DNA of 64,000 bases from a bacterium (GTDB taxonomy: Bacteria > CLD3 > SB21), in the NCBI GenBank assembly GCA_013360215.1, contig JABWCP010000001.1, forward strand, positions 24,193 through 88,192, read 5' to 3'. Of this stretch, positions 9,876-19,532 are shown one piece after another. Within the stretch, counting starts at the first letter, position 1; the number at the start of each line of letters is the position of its first letter. The translations under genes and the position numbers were made by a program. The notes under the pieces are model-generated. The model did not search any database. It was not told the origin of the DNA and was given only the letters and a program-made list of their open reading frames with translations.

Positions 9876-11540
9876 TTATTTCATTAGAACTGTTACCACA
9901 GTCCAATATTTGACCGGCACACCACCGGACAAACCCTGTTCGAATAGCCATTGCTTCACAGCGGCGATCGCGGCGTCATTGATCATCTGATCCCAGTCTT
10001 TGTTACCAATGCGTTTGGAAACGTAAATTTCTTCAGGCTTTCCATCTGTTCCAACAAGTACACGCATCGAAACAGTGCCATTCAGCTTAGCCTTTTTAGC
10101 AAGATCAGGCATGACGGGGCTGACTTTTTGAAGAGCTTTAGGATTATTATCTAACTCATTGGCCATCTTTGTGGGCACAAAGACCGGTGCCGCAGGCTTA
10201 GATTCTACTGGCTTAGGCGCAGTTCCTGCGGAAGCGGCATTAGTCGTGGACGCATCCGGAGTAGTGGTCGTTATGGTTGCAGCGGCTTCTTTGTTTACGG
10301 TCACGACAGGCTGTTTTACGGTAGCCGCTGCCGCCGTTTTCTTTTGATCTTCTTCTTGTTGCTTTTGCAATGCAAGACGGCGTTCTTGCTCAATACGAAT
10401 TTGCTCCTGCTGTTTGAGCTGTTCTTCAAGTAAAGCTAAACGCTCTTTTTCCTTACGTGCATCTTCGGCTCGTTTTTGCCGCTCCGATTCGGTTAACCCT
10501 GCCCCGCCGGCTTTATCTGTAGGTTTTGCCTGAGCCAATTGTCTTTTTAAATCTTCGATTTCTTTGCGACGTTTTTCTTGCTCTGCTTTAGTATCCGTCG
10601 GTGCATCGGCCGCGATATTTTTAAACTCCAGATAAGATATGTTACCCGTGCTGTACACCGGCGTAAATACGACGAGACCGAATTTGTTATTCTCATCATC
10701 ATCATGGATAAAGCGATCGGCGTTAAAATTATCACCCCAGTCGTTACGTTGTGCGTAAACGACATTTTTGGTATGATTGTATAGATTAAACTCCAGATTA
10801 TTATAAATAGCATTTTTCCCGCTATTTTCGCCGAGCCGTGTATCGCCGATCAGCGGTTTAGAGACGTCCTGCACTAAAACACCATAACGATTGCCCGTGA
10901 TTTCATTGGCATTGATACTTGGCGATGAATTTATTTTGGCGTTAATACCGGCGTAACCGTTATTCTGTATCTGATTGTTGTTAATTTTAGGTGTGGACAT
11001 AATATCGCAAAGGATACCATTCCAATAATTTCCTTCGATACGATTACGAAATATACGCGGCGCGGAGTTGATACAGGTGATACCGTCGTAGGCAAACTCT
11101 ATCACACAGTTCGATAAAATACTGCGGTCTTCACCCCGACGAAATATCAAACCGTACCAGTCGCCCGCCTGAGGTTGAAGTGTGCTTCCCTTCTCACCCG
11201 GATCGGTGAAATTACTGGAGGTAAACCGTATTTGAAATTTTTCCTGACCTTCGGCGCGTAAAATGCCTTCCACAATCAGTTCAGACTTTGCAACGTCAAT
11301 TCCTCCGGCTTCATCATCCTGGTTCGCCATAAATCGGATCAAGGTATTGGGGCGTATGCGCACAGTAATACCCTCCGGTATCGTGACGTCTCCGGTAACG
11401 GTAATCACGCCTTCCCATGTTTCGTCTTTTCGAATGACGCCGGATTTGTCCGCAGCCCACACTGAAAAACTGTTCACCAGTACAATCGTGAGCAGTATCC
11501 GCAGCCTGCACCTATGGAATTTAAAGAAATTATACGCCAT
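9876..11540 (-). CDS. Right-handed beta-helix + coiled coil + TonB C-terminal domain protein
   Basis: Signal peptide; beta-helix repeats (GITC.NSAP.I..N.I..N); E/K/Q-rich coil; A/T/P linker; P.LAKKAKLNGTV.MRVLVGTDG...AAIAAVKQW.F..G...G.PV. ATG 11540 chosen. Confidence 0.75.
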   Translation of the reverse strand: MAYNFFKFHRCRLRILLTIVLVNSFSVWAADKSGVIRKDETWEGVITVTGDVTIPEGITVRIRPNTLIRFMANQDDEAGGIDVAKSELIVEGILRAEGQEKFQIRFTSSNFTDPGEKGSTLQPQAGDWYGLIFRRGEDRSILSNCVIEFAYDGITCINSAPRIFRNRIEGNYWNGILCDIMSTPKINNNQIQNNGYAGINAKINSSPSINANEITGNRYGVLVQDVSKPLIGDTRLGENSGKNAIYNNLEFNLYNHTKNVVYAQRNDWGDNFNADRFIHDDDENNKFGLVVFTPVYSTGNISYLEFKNIAADAPTDTKAEQEKRRKEIEDLKRQLAQAKPTDKAGGAGLTESERQKRAEDARKEKERLALLEEQLKQQEQIRIEQERRLALQKQQEEDQKKTAAAATVKQPVVTVNKEAAATITTTTPDASTTNAASAGTAPKPVESKPAAPVFVPTKMANELDNNPKALQKVSPVMPDLAKKAKLNGTVSMRVLVGTDGKPEEIYVSKRIGNKDWDQMINDAAIAAVKQWLFEQGLSGGVPVKYWTVVTVLMK

Positions 11541-14500
11541 GCTGGGTTGCCTCAAACATTTCATCCAATAATTGGGGTCCACTCTTGAGCAAATTTTTCA
11601 AAATCGCATCTTTTTCGATCGGTACATCATCAAAAGCTTTTACCGGTTTTTTGACCGTTTTTACCTTGGTTTCCGTTTTCTTTTCTGAAATTACTTTTTC
11701 ATTCGGAGTCACCGCTTTTTCCGGTACTTTATCTAACTTAATCTCTTGGGTAAGCTCAGCTTTGATACGCGCACGGACGTCCTCGTCATTGACGGGTTTG
11801 ATATCGGTGGCTTCAGGTGCTTTTTGTTCATAACTCTGAAGTTTTCCCACGACATCGTCCACATCAACATCCGTACCGGCCGTAAGCTGTTTTAGGCGTT
11901 CAATACTCGTCTCGTAAAGGTCAATCAGTTCCGATGTGACGCGTAATTCGCCCTCATTCATTTTTTCGGCGACCGTTTCCATCGGTTTGACAAGGTTACT
12001 TATCTTTTGGAAGCCCAGCATTTTCGCCGAACTGCGAAGGCTATGCGCCGCTTTTTCGATGTCGCGCATGGATTGCCGATGCGTCATATTATTTCGCAGC
12101 GTACTTAGCGCGGCCCCGATAAGCTTGAAATAGGTGGATACTTCCTCTTTAAAAATATCGACGATCTCTTCATCAATTCCGAGTTTCGAAAAATAATTTT
12201 CTTTGGGAGCAGGTTGAGAAACCTCGGCCGGTTTTACGGGTTCGATAACGGGTTCGGGTTTCTTCTCCGGCACTTTAGTTTCAATGCCTTTATGTTTGGC
12301 TAATGATGCGCTGCCGGGAATGGCGCCTGTAAAAGTACCTGAGGCATTAAGCGAATTTTCCAGTTCAAACAACTGCTGCACCACCTGCGTTACATCCGCC
12401 GCTTTTCGGGCCGCAATCGAACGCAGAGCTGTAGTAATGGACTCCAGTAACGTGACTATCGTCGCATCAACTGATATTTCTTTTTCAACGCACCGTTCCG
12501 TGATGAGTTCTACGGCCGCCGACAAACCGCTGATACGTTCAAATCCAAGCATACGCGCCGAGCTCTTGAGACTATGGCTGGTGCGCTCCAGATCGCGAAT
12601 AGCCACGTCGTCAACTAAAGATTGCTTCAGGCGGGCGAACGCCGTATCAAATTTTTTGAAATATTCGGCGGCCTCTTGATTAAAAATATCCAAAATTTCA
12701 GGATCCACCGTATCAAAAGCTGATTCTTCCAACATCAGTTTTCCTTCGACAACCGATGATTCGACTTTTTCAGTTTTCAGCGGCGGTACTACCGTCATTG
12801 TCTTGAGCGCTTCCTTGACCGATGTCTTTTCGGGAACGGGCTTTACCTGCTCTTTGGGAAGTTCGCTTCTTTTTTTCTTGACCGTACGGCGACCGCCCGT
12901 GATGATATCTTTGGGTTCCGTATTAAGGCGTTCGGCAAAAGAAGGGATACGTAACCCATTCAATTCATCATCGGCATCACCGGCTGCCATCATAGCTAAT
13001 AAGGCTTTGGGAACTTCGATTTCTATCGTTTTAGTGTCATCCGTGACCGGCGAAGCGAGTATGGACTGACGATCATCTGCTTTTTTATCAGAGGCTGCTT
13101 TTTTTATCTCTTCCGCCGGTTTTACATCGATCTTGTTTTGTACAACGGTTTCAGCGACAAATTTAGGTTTATCTTCAACAGCCGGCAAAATAGTCTTCGT
13201 AGGTATTACACTTTGTGTACGCGTTTCTTCTTCGATTTGTAAAGTCGAATCCTTGGTATCTTTTTCAATGGGTTCAACTTTTTCCGCTTTGATATGTTGC
13301 GCAATCGGAGAATCGTTAAATTTTGCAACGACCGACTGAAATCCCTCAAGCCAGTCCGTGTTTTGTGCTACTACGGACTTCGGATCGGATATCGGTTTTG
13401 AAGACTCTTTGGGAGTTTTTATTTCCGTTTTTATAACTTCTGGCGCAACTACTTTTGTATGCTCAGATGGTGCGGCGCTTATCTCAGTCGGTTTAGCGGG
13501 TGTTACAAATGCCGTGGCTTGTTTATAATCCGAAAAACGAACCGATTGATCACTGAGCCATCGCCATTCATCGGACTGAATCGTTTGCCCGTTGACTAAA
13601 ATTTCGATACTGCGCGTCGATCGCGTCACAAGGGTGATCAATTCCGCAACGACAGGGCTTTGCGAGTAAACTACTTGTTTGAAAATCTGGAAGACCGCGT
13701 CACAATGGCCGTGCAGTAAATTGATTTTTAATAACCGCGTATTGGTCGACAGGGCACGATATACCTGCAAAAGATCTTTGATTGCTTCGGTGTCATGCGT
13801 AGCTTTTTTAAGACGGGCTAACGCCGACTGCGCCAATTCTAAATTAAACCGCACATCTTCGGCAAATACATTCCAGTCATCGTCTTGTATCGCAACACGA
13901 TCAATAGCGATTTCATTTTCAGAAACAGACTGTGCACTTGAACTTGACACCTGAACCGGCAATTCTGCAGGTTTTTCCAAATTAAATGAACCGGTAAACC
14001 GTTGCTGTAGCCGCAAAATTTCTGCAGGTGCTAGCGATTTTAAATCTGATTTATTGTTTTCGACCTGTTGAATTAAATCGTGCAACACGGCTAAGGCCTC
14101 TGGGTTCAGAGGTTTGTGATTATTATCCGCAATCGCATTCAGCGTTTCTTCGATCCGCTGGGTCGCCTCGGACAATGGCATTGCATTTTGTGTGGCGGCC
14201 TCCGCTCTGAGTTGCGACAAACCATCAGCCATGCTTATCAGAAATCGAGGCCGTGTCAGATTATCCCGCAACGTCTCCCATGCACTATTCAATCGGTCCG
14301 TAGAAAAAACCGACCGGACAGCATTTATGTTTCCTTTCGGCTCATTTTTTTCGGTTGATTGAACAGTTTGTGCAACCGATTTTTCAGGTTGTTTTTTTGT
14401 ACGCCGTGACAGGAATCCGATCATATCACCCACATGATCAAACGCTTCGGATTGCGTTATAGGCGCAACTTCCAGTAGCGAAGATTGCGGTGATGCGGAC

Positions 14501-15075
14501 GTCACCGATGTTTTTTCATGGGTAGGCTCTACACGGGAGGTATCGCGAGAAAAAGAGGGATCGTTTTTAACCACAGGTGAAGCAGTGGGTTCTGCTTTTA
14601 CGTCAGCGGAGATCGGTTTTACCTCATCCTTGGGCGTCCCTTCCGTTGGAGACGGCGTATCTTCTTGCTTGATATACGTTTTTCGTAAGGCCGGCAAATC
14701 GAGCGAAAAACCGATGGTTTGTAAATCGCTATTGAGTTGATCTTGTGAACCGGGTGTTTCTAAAATCTTTTGAAACATCTGAATGATCCGCTCGGAATCA
14801 TTTTCGAGCGTCGTGATCATCTGGCTCATCTTGTAGCCGGACTTTTCTAATTTCTCCAGGTTACTACGCAAAAACGTGGCAACCGGATGGAGCGATGCCA
14901 CGTTGAGAAAAGATTCAACCTGGCGAACCGGCTCTTGCGCTTGTCCGATGGATACGATTATTTTTTTGGTAATACTGAATTCAAGTGGTGCAAAACGATG
15001 TTCGGAAACACTTTTGACATGATTCAGTAATTCCGAAAGATAAAATTCTACGATTTTTCGCGATTTATTGTCCAA
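11530..15075 (-). CDS. Large multi-Hpt (histidine phosphotransfer) protein lacking a kinase domain
   Basis: Two canonical Hpt motifs (RTSHSLKSSARMLG, KAAHSLRSSAKMLG), each preceded by EI.DIF..E. Two degenerate Hpt-like segments and long low-complexity linkers. Confidence 0.8.
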   Translation of the reverse strand: MDNKSRKIVEFYLSELLNHVKSVSEHRFAPLEFSITKKIIVSIGQAQEPVRQVESFLNVASLHPVATFLRSNLEKLEKSGYKMSQMITTLENDSERIIQMFQKILETPGSQDQLNSDLQTIGFSLDLPALRKTYIKQEDTPSPTEGTPKDEVKPISADVKAEPTASPVVKNDPSFSRDTSRVEPTHEKTSVTSASPQSSLLEVAPITQSEAFDHVGDMIGFLSRRTKKQPEKSVAQTVQSTEKNEPKGNINAVRSVFSTDRLNSAWETLRDNLTRPRFLISMADGLSQLRAEAATQNAMPLSEATQRIEETLNAIADNNHKPLNPEALAVLHDLIQQVENNKSDLKSLAPAEILRLQQRFTGSFNLEKPAELPVQVSSSSAQSVSENEIAIDRVAIQDDDWNVFAEDVRFNLELAQSALARLKKATHDTEAIKDLLQVYRALSTNTRLLKINLLHGHCDAVFQIFKQVVYSQSPVVAELITLVTRSTRSIEILVNGQTIQSDEWRWLSDQSVRFSDYKQATAFVTPAKPTEISAAPSEHTKVVAPEVIKTEIKTPKESSKPISDPKSVVAQNTDWLEGFQSVVAKFNDSPIAQHIKAEKVEPIEKDTKDSTLQIEEETRTQSVIPTKTILPAVEDKPKFVAETVVQNKIDVKPAEEIKKAASDKKADDRQSILASPVTDDTKTIEIEVPKALLAMMAAGDADDELNGLRIPSFAERLNTEPKDIITGGRRTVKKKRSELPKEQVKPVPEKTSVKEALKTMTVVPPLKTEKVESSVVEGKLMLEESAFDTVDPEILDIFNQEAAEYFKKFDTAFARLKQSLVDDVAIRDLERTSHSLKSSARMLGFERISGLSAAVELITERCVEKEISVDATIVTLLESITTALRSIAARKAADVTQVVQQLFELENSLNASGTFTGAIPGSASLAKHKGIETKVPEKKPEPVIEPVKPAEVSQPAPKENYFSKLGIDEEIVDIFKEEVSTYFKLIGAALSTLRNNMTHRQSMRDIEKAAHSLRSSAKMLGFQKISNLVKPMETVAEKMNEGELRVTSELIDLYETSIERLKQLTAGTDVDVDDVVGKLQSYEQKAPEATDIKPVNDEDVRARIKAELTQEIKLDKVPEKAVTPNEKVISEKKTETKVKTVKKPVKAFDDVPIEKDAILKNLLKSGPQLLDEMFEATQHGV

Positions 15076-15091
15076 TGTGTATCATCCATAC

Positions 15092-15122
15092 AAAAAAACC
15101 CTAAAACACGTTTAGGGTTTTT
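15092..15122 (-). terminator. Intrinsic (potentially bidirectional) terminator between response regulator and Hpt gene
   Basis: AAAAAAACCCTAAA-ACACG-TTTAGGGTTTTT inverted repeat with A/T tails on both sides. Confidence 0.75.
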
Positions 15123-15146
15123 ACGATTTACGCGATGCTATGGCGT

Positions 15147-16001
15147 TTATTTACCGAGATATTCGTGTACTTTGGCAAGCAAGTCTTCATCATGGAACGG
15201 CTTATTGAGGAAATCCGTCGCGCCGTTGCTGATCGCAGCGTCTTTGTCTTGTGGACTGTCTTTACCGCTCAACACGACGATCGGCACCGTGGCAAAATAT
15301 CCGCCTGATTCACGCAACGCTTTCATCACTTCAACACCGGTCATATCAGGCAACATCATATCCAGAAGAATCAGACTGGGCTGCATCTCTTTAGCTTTGT
15401 TGATCGCATCTTCGCCTTTCATGGCCGACGTCAGATTGTAATTATCATTCTCCAACGCGATCTCAACCATTTTTTGAATCACGATACTGTCATCCACGAC
15501 AAGTATCTTTCGACCGCCGGCCGACGCAGAAGCGGCCGGAGCTACCGGTTTGGGCGCCGCTTTTTCTACTTTGGGTTCCGGTTTGGGTTCGACCTTAGGC
15601 GAATCCATTGAACCCAAAATGTCGGTTTCTTCTTTTTTAGGCACAGGCTTGGGTTCCGGTGCTTTTTCAATTTTCGGCTCCGGTTTCGGTTCTGCTTTAG
15701 GTTCCGGCTTCGGTTCCGCTTTCGCTTTAGGCACTTCTTCTTTGACGGCTTTCTTCGACGGCGCTTTCTCTTTCGCCGGTTTAGCCGCCGGAGCAGGAGC
15801 ACCGCCGGATATCAATTTTTCAGCAGATAGTTTTTGTAAAATTTCTTCGACCAACGTTGCATCGCGATCCAGTTTTTCTGCGATATCGGCCACATTGCGT
15901 TTACCGTCAACAGAAAACAAAACACGCCATTCAATTTTTTTCAACAGAATGGTTTCAACTTTTTCTCGTAAGTCTTTTACTCTGGAGTAAACTGCGTCCA
16001 C
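15147..16001 (-). CDS. Response regulator: N-terminal winged helix, Pro/Lys/Glu linker, C-terminal REC
   Basis: EWRVLFSVDGKRNVADIA wHTH-like segment; canonical REC ILVVDD...LILLDMMLP...VLSG...FLNKPF. GTG start with GAGG upstream. Confidence 0.85.
   Translation of the reverse strand: MDAVYSRVKDLREKVETILLKKIEWRVLFSVDGKRNVADIAEKLDRDATLVEEILQKLSAEKLISGGAPAPAAKPAKEKAPSKKAVKEEVPKAKAEPKPEPKAEPKPEPKIEKAPEPKPVPKKEETDILGSMDSPKVEPKPEPKVEKAAPKPVAPAASASAGGRKILVVDDSIVIQKMVEIALENDNYNLTSAMKGEDAINKAKEMQPSLILLDMMLPDMTGVEVMKALRESGGYFATVPIVVLSGKDSPQDKDAAISNGATDFLNKPFHDEDLLAKVHEYLGK
15570..15730 (-). repeat. Degenerate coding tandem repeats (EPKP/KAEPKP)
   Basis: Translation KAKAEPKPEPKAEPKPEPKIEKAPEPKP...PKVEPKPEPKVEK. 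Confidence 0.6.
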
Positions 16002-16065
16002 AATATACCTCGCCGCTTTATGATGATGAACCTGTGAGTATTCAAATCGTGTTAATAACTTTGTA

Positions 16066-16094
16066 AATCTAATAAAGATAAATCATTATGTCAA
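16066..16094 (-). promoter_or_regulatory. Putative sigma70 promoter for the response regulator
   Basis: Minus strand TTGACA-N17-TAGATT. Confidence 0.6.
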
Positions 16095-16100
16095 TAAGTT

Positions 16101-16976
16101 TCAATGCCTTTTCTCTCGTTTTCTGAAAAAAGAAATCAGCGCTTCGGCATAATCACTACCCGTAAAAATATTGATCAGATCAACGCGACTGCGTTTGAAA
16201 ATTTCCTTCAATCTGTTTTCTTCGGCATCAACGCGCTGACGTAATATCGCATGGAACTGTTGATCCGCTGTGTCGATATCAATCAACGCTCCGGTCTCTT
16301 CGTCTTCCAGTGTCACCAGGCCGACCTGAGGCCAATTGTGCTCGCGCTGATCGGCGACCCGAAGACCGATCACGTCGTGCTTTTTAGCTAAGGTACGCAA
16401 GGAGGTATCAAAGCCCTGATCGAGAAAATCGCTGATTACAAAAACGATACTGCGGCGTTTGAGAATGTGCGATGTCAACTCCAGCGGAGCCGCAATGCGT
16501 GTACCGCGTGCTTTAGGCGCAAACGCGATCAGCTCGCGGATCAGACGCAACACATGAGAACGGCCTTTTTTCGGCGGAATAAATTTTTCAACTTCTTCCG
16601 TATAAATCATTAAGCCAACTTTATCATTATTTTTGATCGCGCTAAATGCCACTACCGCCGCCATTTCGATCATCAGTTCCCTTTTGGTCTGCTTATTCGT
16701 ACCAAAATCCCCTGATGCGCTGGCGTCAAAAATGATCATTAGCGTCTGCTCACGCTCTTCTTCAAATATTTTGAGGTAAGGTTTATCCAACCGCGCCGAG
16801 ACATTCCAATCGATAAAACGGATTTCATCGCCGAACTGATATTCGCGCACTTCTGAAAAAGACATTCCGCGCCCTTTGAAAACCGAATGGTATTCACCAC
16901 TAAAAACATTATTGACCAATCCGCGTGTTTTAATTTCGATACGCCGCACATTGCGGAGTAATTCTTTAGTTTCCAT
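16101..16976 (-). CDS. DUF58 (MoxR/VWA-associated) protein
   Basis: GEYHSVFKGRGMSFSEVREYQFGDEIRFIDWNVSAR, DASAS, VISDF. Confidence 0.92.
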   Translation of the reverse strand: METKELLRNVRRIEIKTRGLVNNVFSGEYHSVFKGRGMSFSEVREYQFGDEIRFIDWNVSARLDKPYLKIFEEEREQTLMIIFDASASGDFGTNKQTKRELMIEMAAVVAFSAIKNNDKVGLMIYTEEVEKFIPPKKGRSHVLRLIRELIAFAPKARGTRIAAPLELTSHILKRRSIVFVISDFLDQGFDTSLRTLAKKHDVIGLRVADQREHNWPQVGLVTLEDEETGALIDIDTADQQFHAILRQRVDAEENRLKEIFKRSRVDLINIFTGSDYAEALISFFRKREKRH

Positions 16977-17017
16977 AAAATCCGCTTAGCTATGATTAAA
17001 TGCGTAATACGTTTGTA

Positions 17018-17671
17018 TCATACTACAAGCTCTTTGATCTGAATTATCTGATCAATATAAAAATCCGCACCTTCCGGTGCAACGGTATGAAATCCATAAC
17101 GAACGGCGCATGTATAAATCCTTGCGCGACGCCCCGCTTCGATATCTTGCGGACCATCGCCGATGATCATTGCCCGATCGGGATGTACGCCGGTTTTTTC
17201 TAAGATGGCTTGAATAGCCTGCGGATGCGGTTTCTTATTTGCAAACGAATCCCCGCCATATACCTCTTCAAAATACCGGGACAATCCAAGGCCATGAATA
17301 ATTTTCCGAGTAAACACTTCCGCTTTATTACTAATCACAAACTTACGACAGTGATTAAAATGAGTCAATACATCAAGGACTCCGTCGTACGTGCGAACAA
17401 AATCAAGACAATGCTCGTCGTGGTGCGCCCGATAAATGGATACGGCCGTCATCAACCGATCGTTATCCGGTTTCTCAAATTCAGATAAGGCACGCACAAG
17501 TAAGGTTTGCATGCCGTCACCGACAAAGCGACGCAGTTTTTCTTTAGGTAATGCGCTATATCCCAACGTTGTTAATGTATGATTGACAGACGCGCCGATA
17601 TCATCGAGTGAATCCACTAACGTCCCATCCAAATCAAAAAACATCACTTCGATTTTTATCACGCGATCCAT
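17018..17671 (-). CDS. gph: HAD-IA hydrolase, phosphoglycolate phosphatase-like
   Basis: FDLDGTLVDS, SNK, KKPHP, IGDG..DI.AG. Confidence 0.78.
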   Translation of the reverse strand: MDRVIKIEVMFFDLDGTLVDSLDDIGASVNHTLTTLGYSALPKEKLRRFVGDGMQTLLVRALSEFEKPDNDRLMTAVSIYRAHHDEHCLDFVRTYDGVLDVLTHFNHCRKFVISNKAEVFTRKIIHGLGLSRYFEEVYGGDSFANKKPHPQAIQAILEKTGVHPDRAMIIGDGPQDIEAGRRARIYTCAVRYGFHTVAPEGADFYIDQIIQIKELVV

Positions 17672-18315
17672 CCTTTATACGACACGTACCGCCAACCCAA
17701 TATAAAACCAGACACGATCAATACCCAACCGGTGATTACGGCTATACGTCGGATCGTCGTTTCCTTCATCGTCTGACGGCGTACGGCAACCCACTCGGCA
17801 AGAAGAAAAAACCACGCAGTCGTGCCGATGGCCATACCGGCAACAAATGCCATTTGAGACTGAAAGGACGTGTGTAAAAATTGATAGGCGTACATAAAAC
17901 CCGCAGCCGCAATCCAAAAGCCGATAGCCAGCGGATTGCATAAATACATTATGCATCCATTAATAAAATTTTTCATCAATAGTCCGGCTGAAAACTCGGT
18001 ACGTTCGTGATATGCGATGCCGTTATGACGTGTGATGATCAGACGATATCCCAAAAAAACGAGCACCGGCATGCCGGCCGGCTGTAACACATCGGCCAAT
18101 GATTGTTGTAAAGCAGACATACCGAAAACACCAATGACGCAATAACCGATATCCACAACCAGTGCGCCCAAGCCGATCATCATGGCCGGCTGAAAGCCGC
18201 GGCGAAAACTTTGATCTACGATAGTCATATTGATCGGACCGAATGGAATGGAATTGATAAAACCAATACCTAAGCCCCACAAACTCGCCGTGATTATATT
18301 TTCCATCGTCATCAT
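17659..18315 (-). CDS. LysE family translocator
   Basis: IPFGPIN, G.GA...D, NPLAIGFW and about 6 hydrophobic segments. ATG overlaps the ribD stop (ATGA). Confidence 0.85.
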   Translation of the reverse strand: MMTMENIITASLWGLGIGFINSIPFGPINMTIVDQSFRRGFQPAMMIGLGALVVDIGYCVIGVFGMSALQQSLADVLQPAGMPVLVFLGYRLIITRHNGIAYHERTEFSAGLLMKNFINGCIMYLCNPLAIGFWIAAAGFMYAYQFLHTSFQSQMAFVAGMAIGTTAWFFLLAEWVAVRRQTMKETTIRRIAVITGWVLIVSGFILGWRYVSYKGWIA

Positions 18316-19436
18316 CGCTGCCACCGTGCACTGATCCAAATATCCGAGTCCAATATCCTAACCCGGGGCTCGGTTAAAACAACAGCATTATTAATACGTT
18401 TGACGGGTAGGCCTTCAAAAGATGATTTCCCATGTCCCAAAATTTTAGCGGCCGTAAAAATATGTATTTCATCGCACAATCCCGCATCTAAAATCTGTCC
18501 ATGGATATCCGCTCCGCCTTCGACGAATACCGACGCGATTTGAAATTTCCGCAGAAGCGTTCTAAATACAGGACGCATGGTTATCCGACTTCGCACGGAA
18601 GACATTTCAACGACCGTTACGCCCAAAGATGCCAACTGCTTTTTTTTGCGTTTGTTCGCTCCAAAAGCCGTAATGACAATGGTTTCCGAAGCGCCGGCAT
18701 CAGTGAACACCCGCGCTGTCAACGGTGAGCGCAGCCGGCCATCCACGATGACGCGACGCGGCGAAGACCCGCGAACGCCGCGTACCGTGAGTTGCGGATC
18801 GTCCGTCATCACGGTCTGTGCACCGACCAAAATCGCATCGTGCCCTGCACGTAAGCGGTGCACTTCGCGTCGGGATTTTTCATTGGTTATCCACTTGGAA
18901 GCACCGAAACCATCGGCCGTTTTTCCGTCCAAAGTCTGTGCCGTTTTTATAGTGATCCACGGCAAACCTGTTTCCACGTGCTTCAAAAAAAACCGATTTT
19001 CAATACGGCATTCACTCTCGGCTATGCCCCACTCCACGCGAACTCCGTTTTTCTTTAAAAGCGCGGCACCTTTCCCTGCCACAGCCGGAAACGGATCTTT
19101 GATACCAAATACGACATGTGGAATTTTTTCTTGTAAGATCAAAGACGTGCACGGCGGTGTTTTTCCCGTATGACAGCAGGGTTCCAGGTTAACATATAAT
19201 GTAGCATTTTTAAAATCGGTCACCCCGCGACGCCGCGCATCACGTACGGCTTCAACTTCGGCGTGCGGCTTCCCGTACCCCGTATGATAACCTCGTCCGA
19301 TAATTTCATCGCCGTCCGGGTTATGGCGCACCAAAATGGCGCCAACGAGCGGGTTTGTTTTGGTTTTACCTACGCCTTTACGCGCCAGTTTCAGCGTCTG
19401 CCGGATATAATATTCGTGTGTCTTTGGAGATGGCAT
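18312..19436 (-). CDS. ribD: Bifunctional riboflavin biosynthesis deaminase/reductase
   Basis: NPLVGA, PHAE, LEPCCH.GKTPPC, TLDGK, VEGG. Confidence 0.96.
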   Translation of the reverse strand: MPSPKTHEYYIRQTLKLARKGVGKTKTNPLVGAILVRHNPDGDEIIGRGYHTGYGKPHAEVEAVRDARRRGVTDFKNATLYVNLEPCCHTGKTPPCTSLILQEKIPHVVFGIKDPFPAVAGKGAALLKKNGVRVEWGIAESECRIENRFFLKHVETGLPWITIKTAQTLDGKTADGFGASKWITNEKSRREVHRLRAGHDAILVGAQTVMTDDPQLTVRGVRGSSPRRVIVDGRLRSPLTARVFTDAGASETIVITAFGANKRKKKQLASLGVTVVEMSSVRSRITMRPVFRTLLRKFQIASVFVEGGADIHGQILDAGLCDEIHIFTAAKILGHGKSSFEGLPVKRINNAVVLTEPRVRILDSDIWISARWQR

Positions 19437-19466
19437 AACATGCTTTTCATATAAAATCGTGTTTTA

Positions 19467-19495
19467 ATATTACTCAATCGCCCTACTCTGTTCAA
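19467..19495 (-). promoter_or_regulatory. Putative sigma70 promoter for the ribD operon
   Basis: Minus strand TTGAAC-N17-TAATAT. Confidence 0.5.
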
Positions 19496-19532
19496 GGGTA
19501 TAAAAATTCAATCCCTGCGATTACCATTGCGC

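Noticed and set aside
11530-15075. Calling the Hpt protein CheA
   Set aside because: No HATPase or CheW domain, and no chemotaxis genes nearby.
15550-15990. 146-aa plus-strand ORF rich in G/S/F/A
   Set aside because: Antisense shadow of the EPKP-repeat response regulator.
18577-19173. 198-aa plus-strand ORF, and similar antisense ORFs at 31031-31540, 57849-58394 and 59271-59774
   Set aside because: Each lies antisense over a well-supported gene and has no recognisable motifs.
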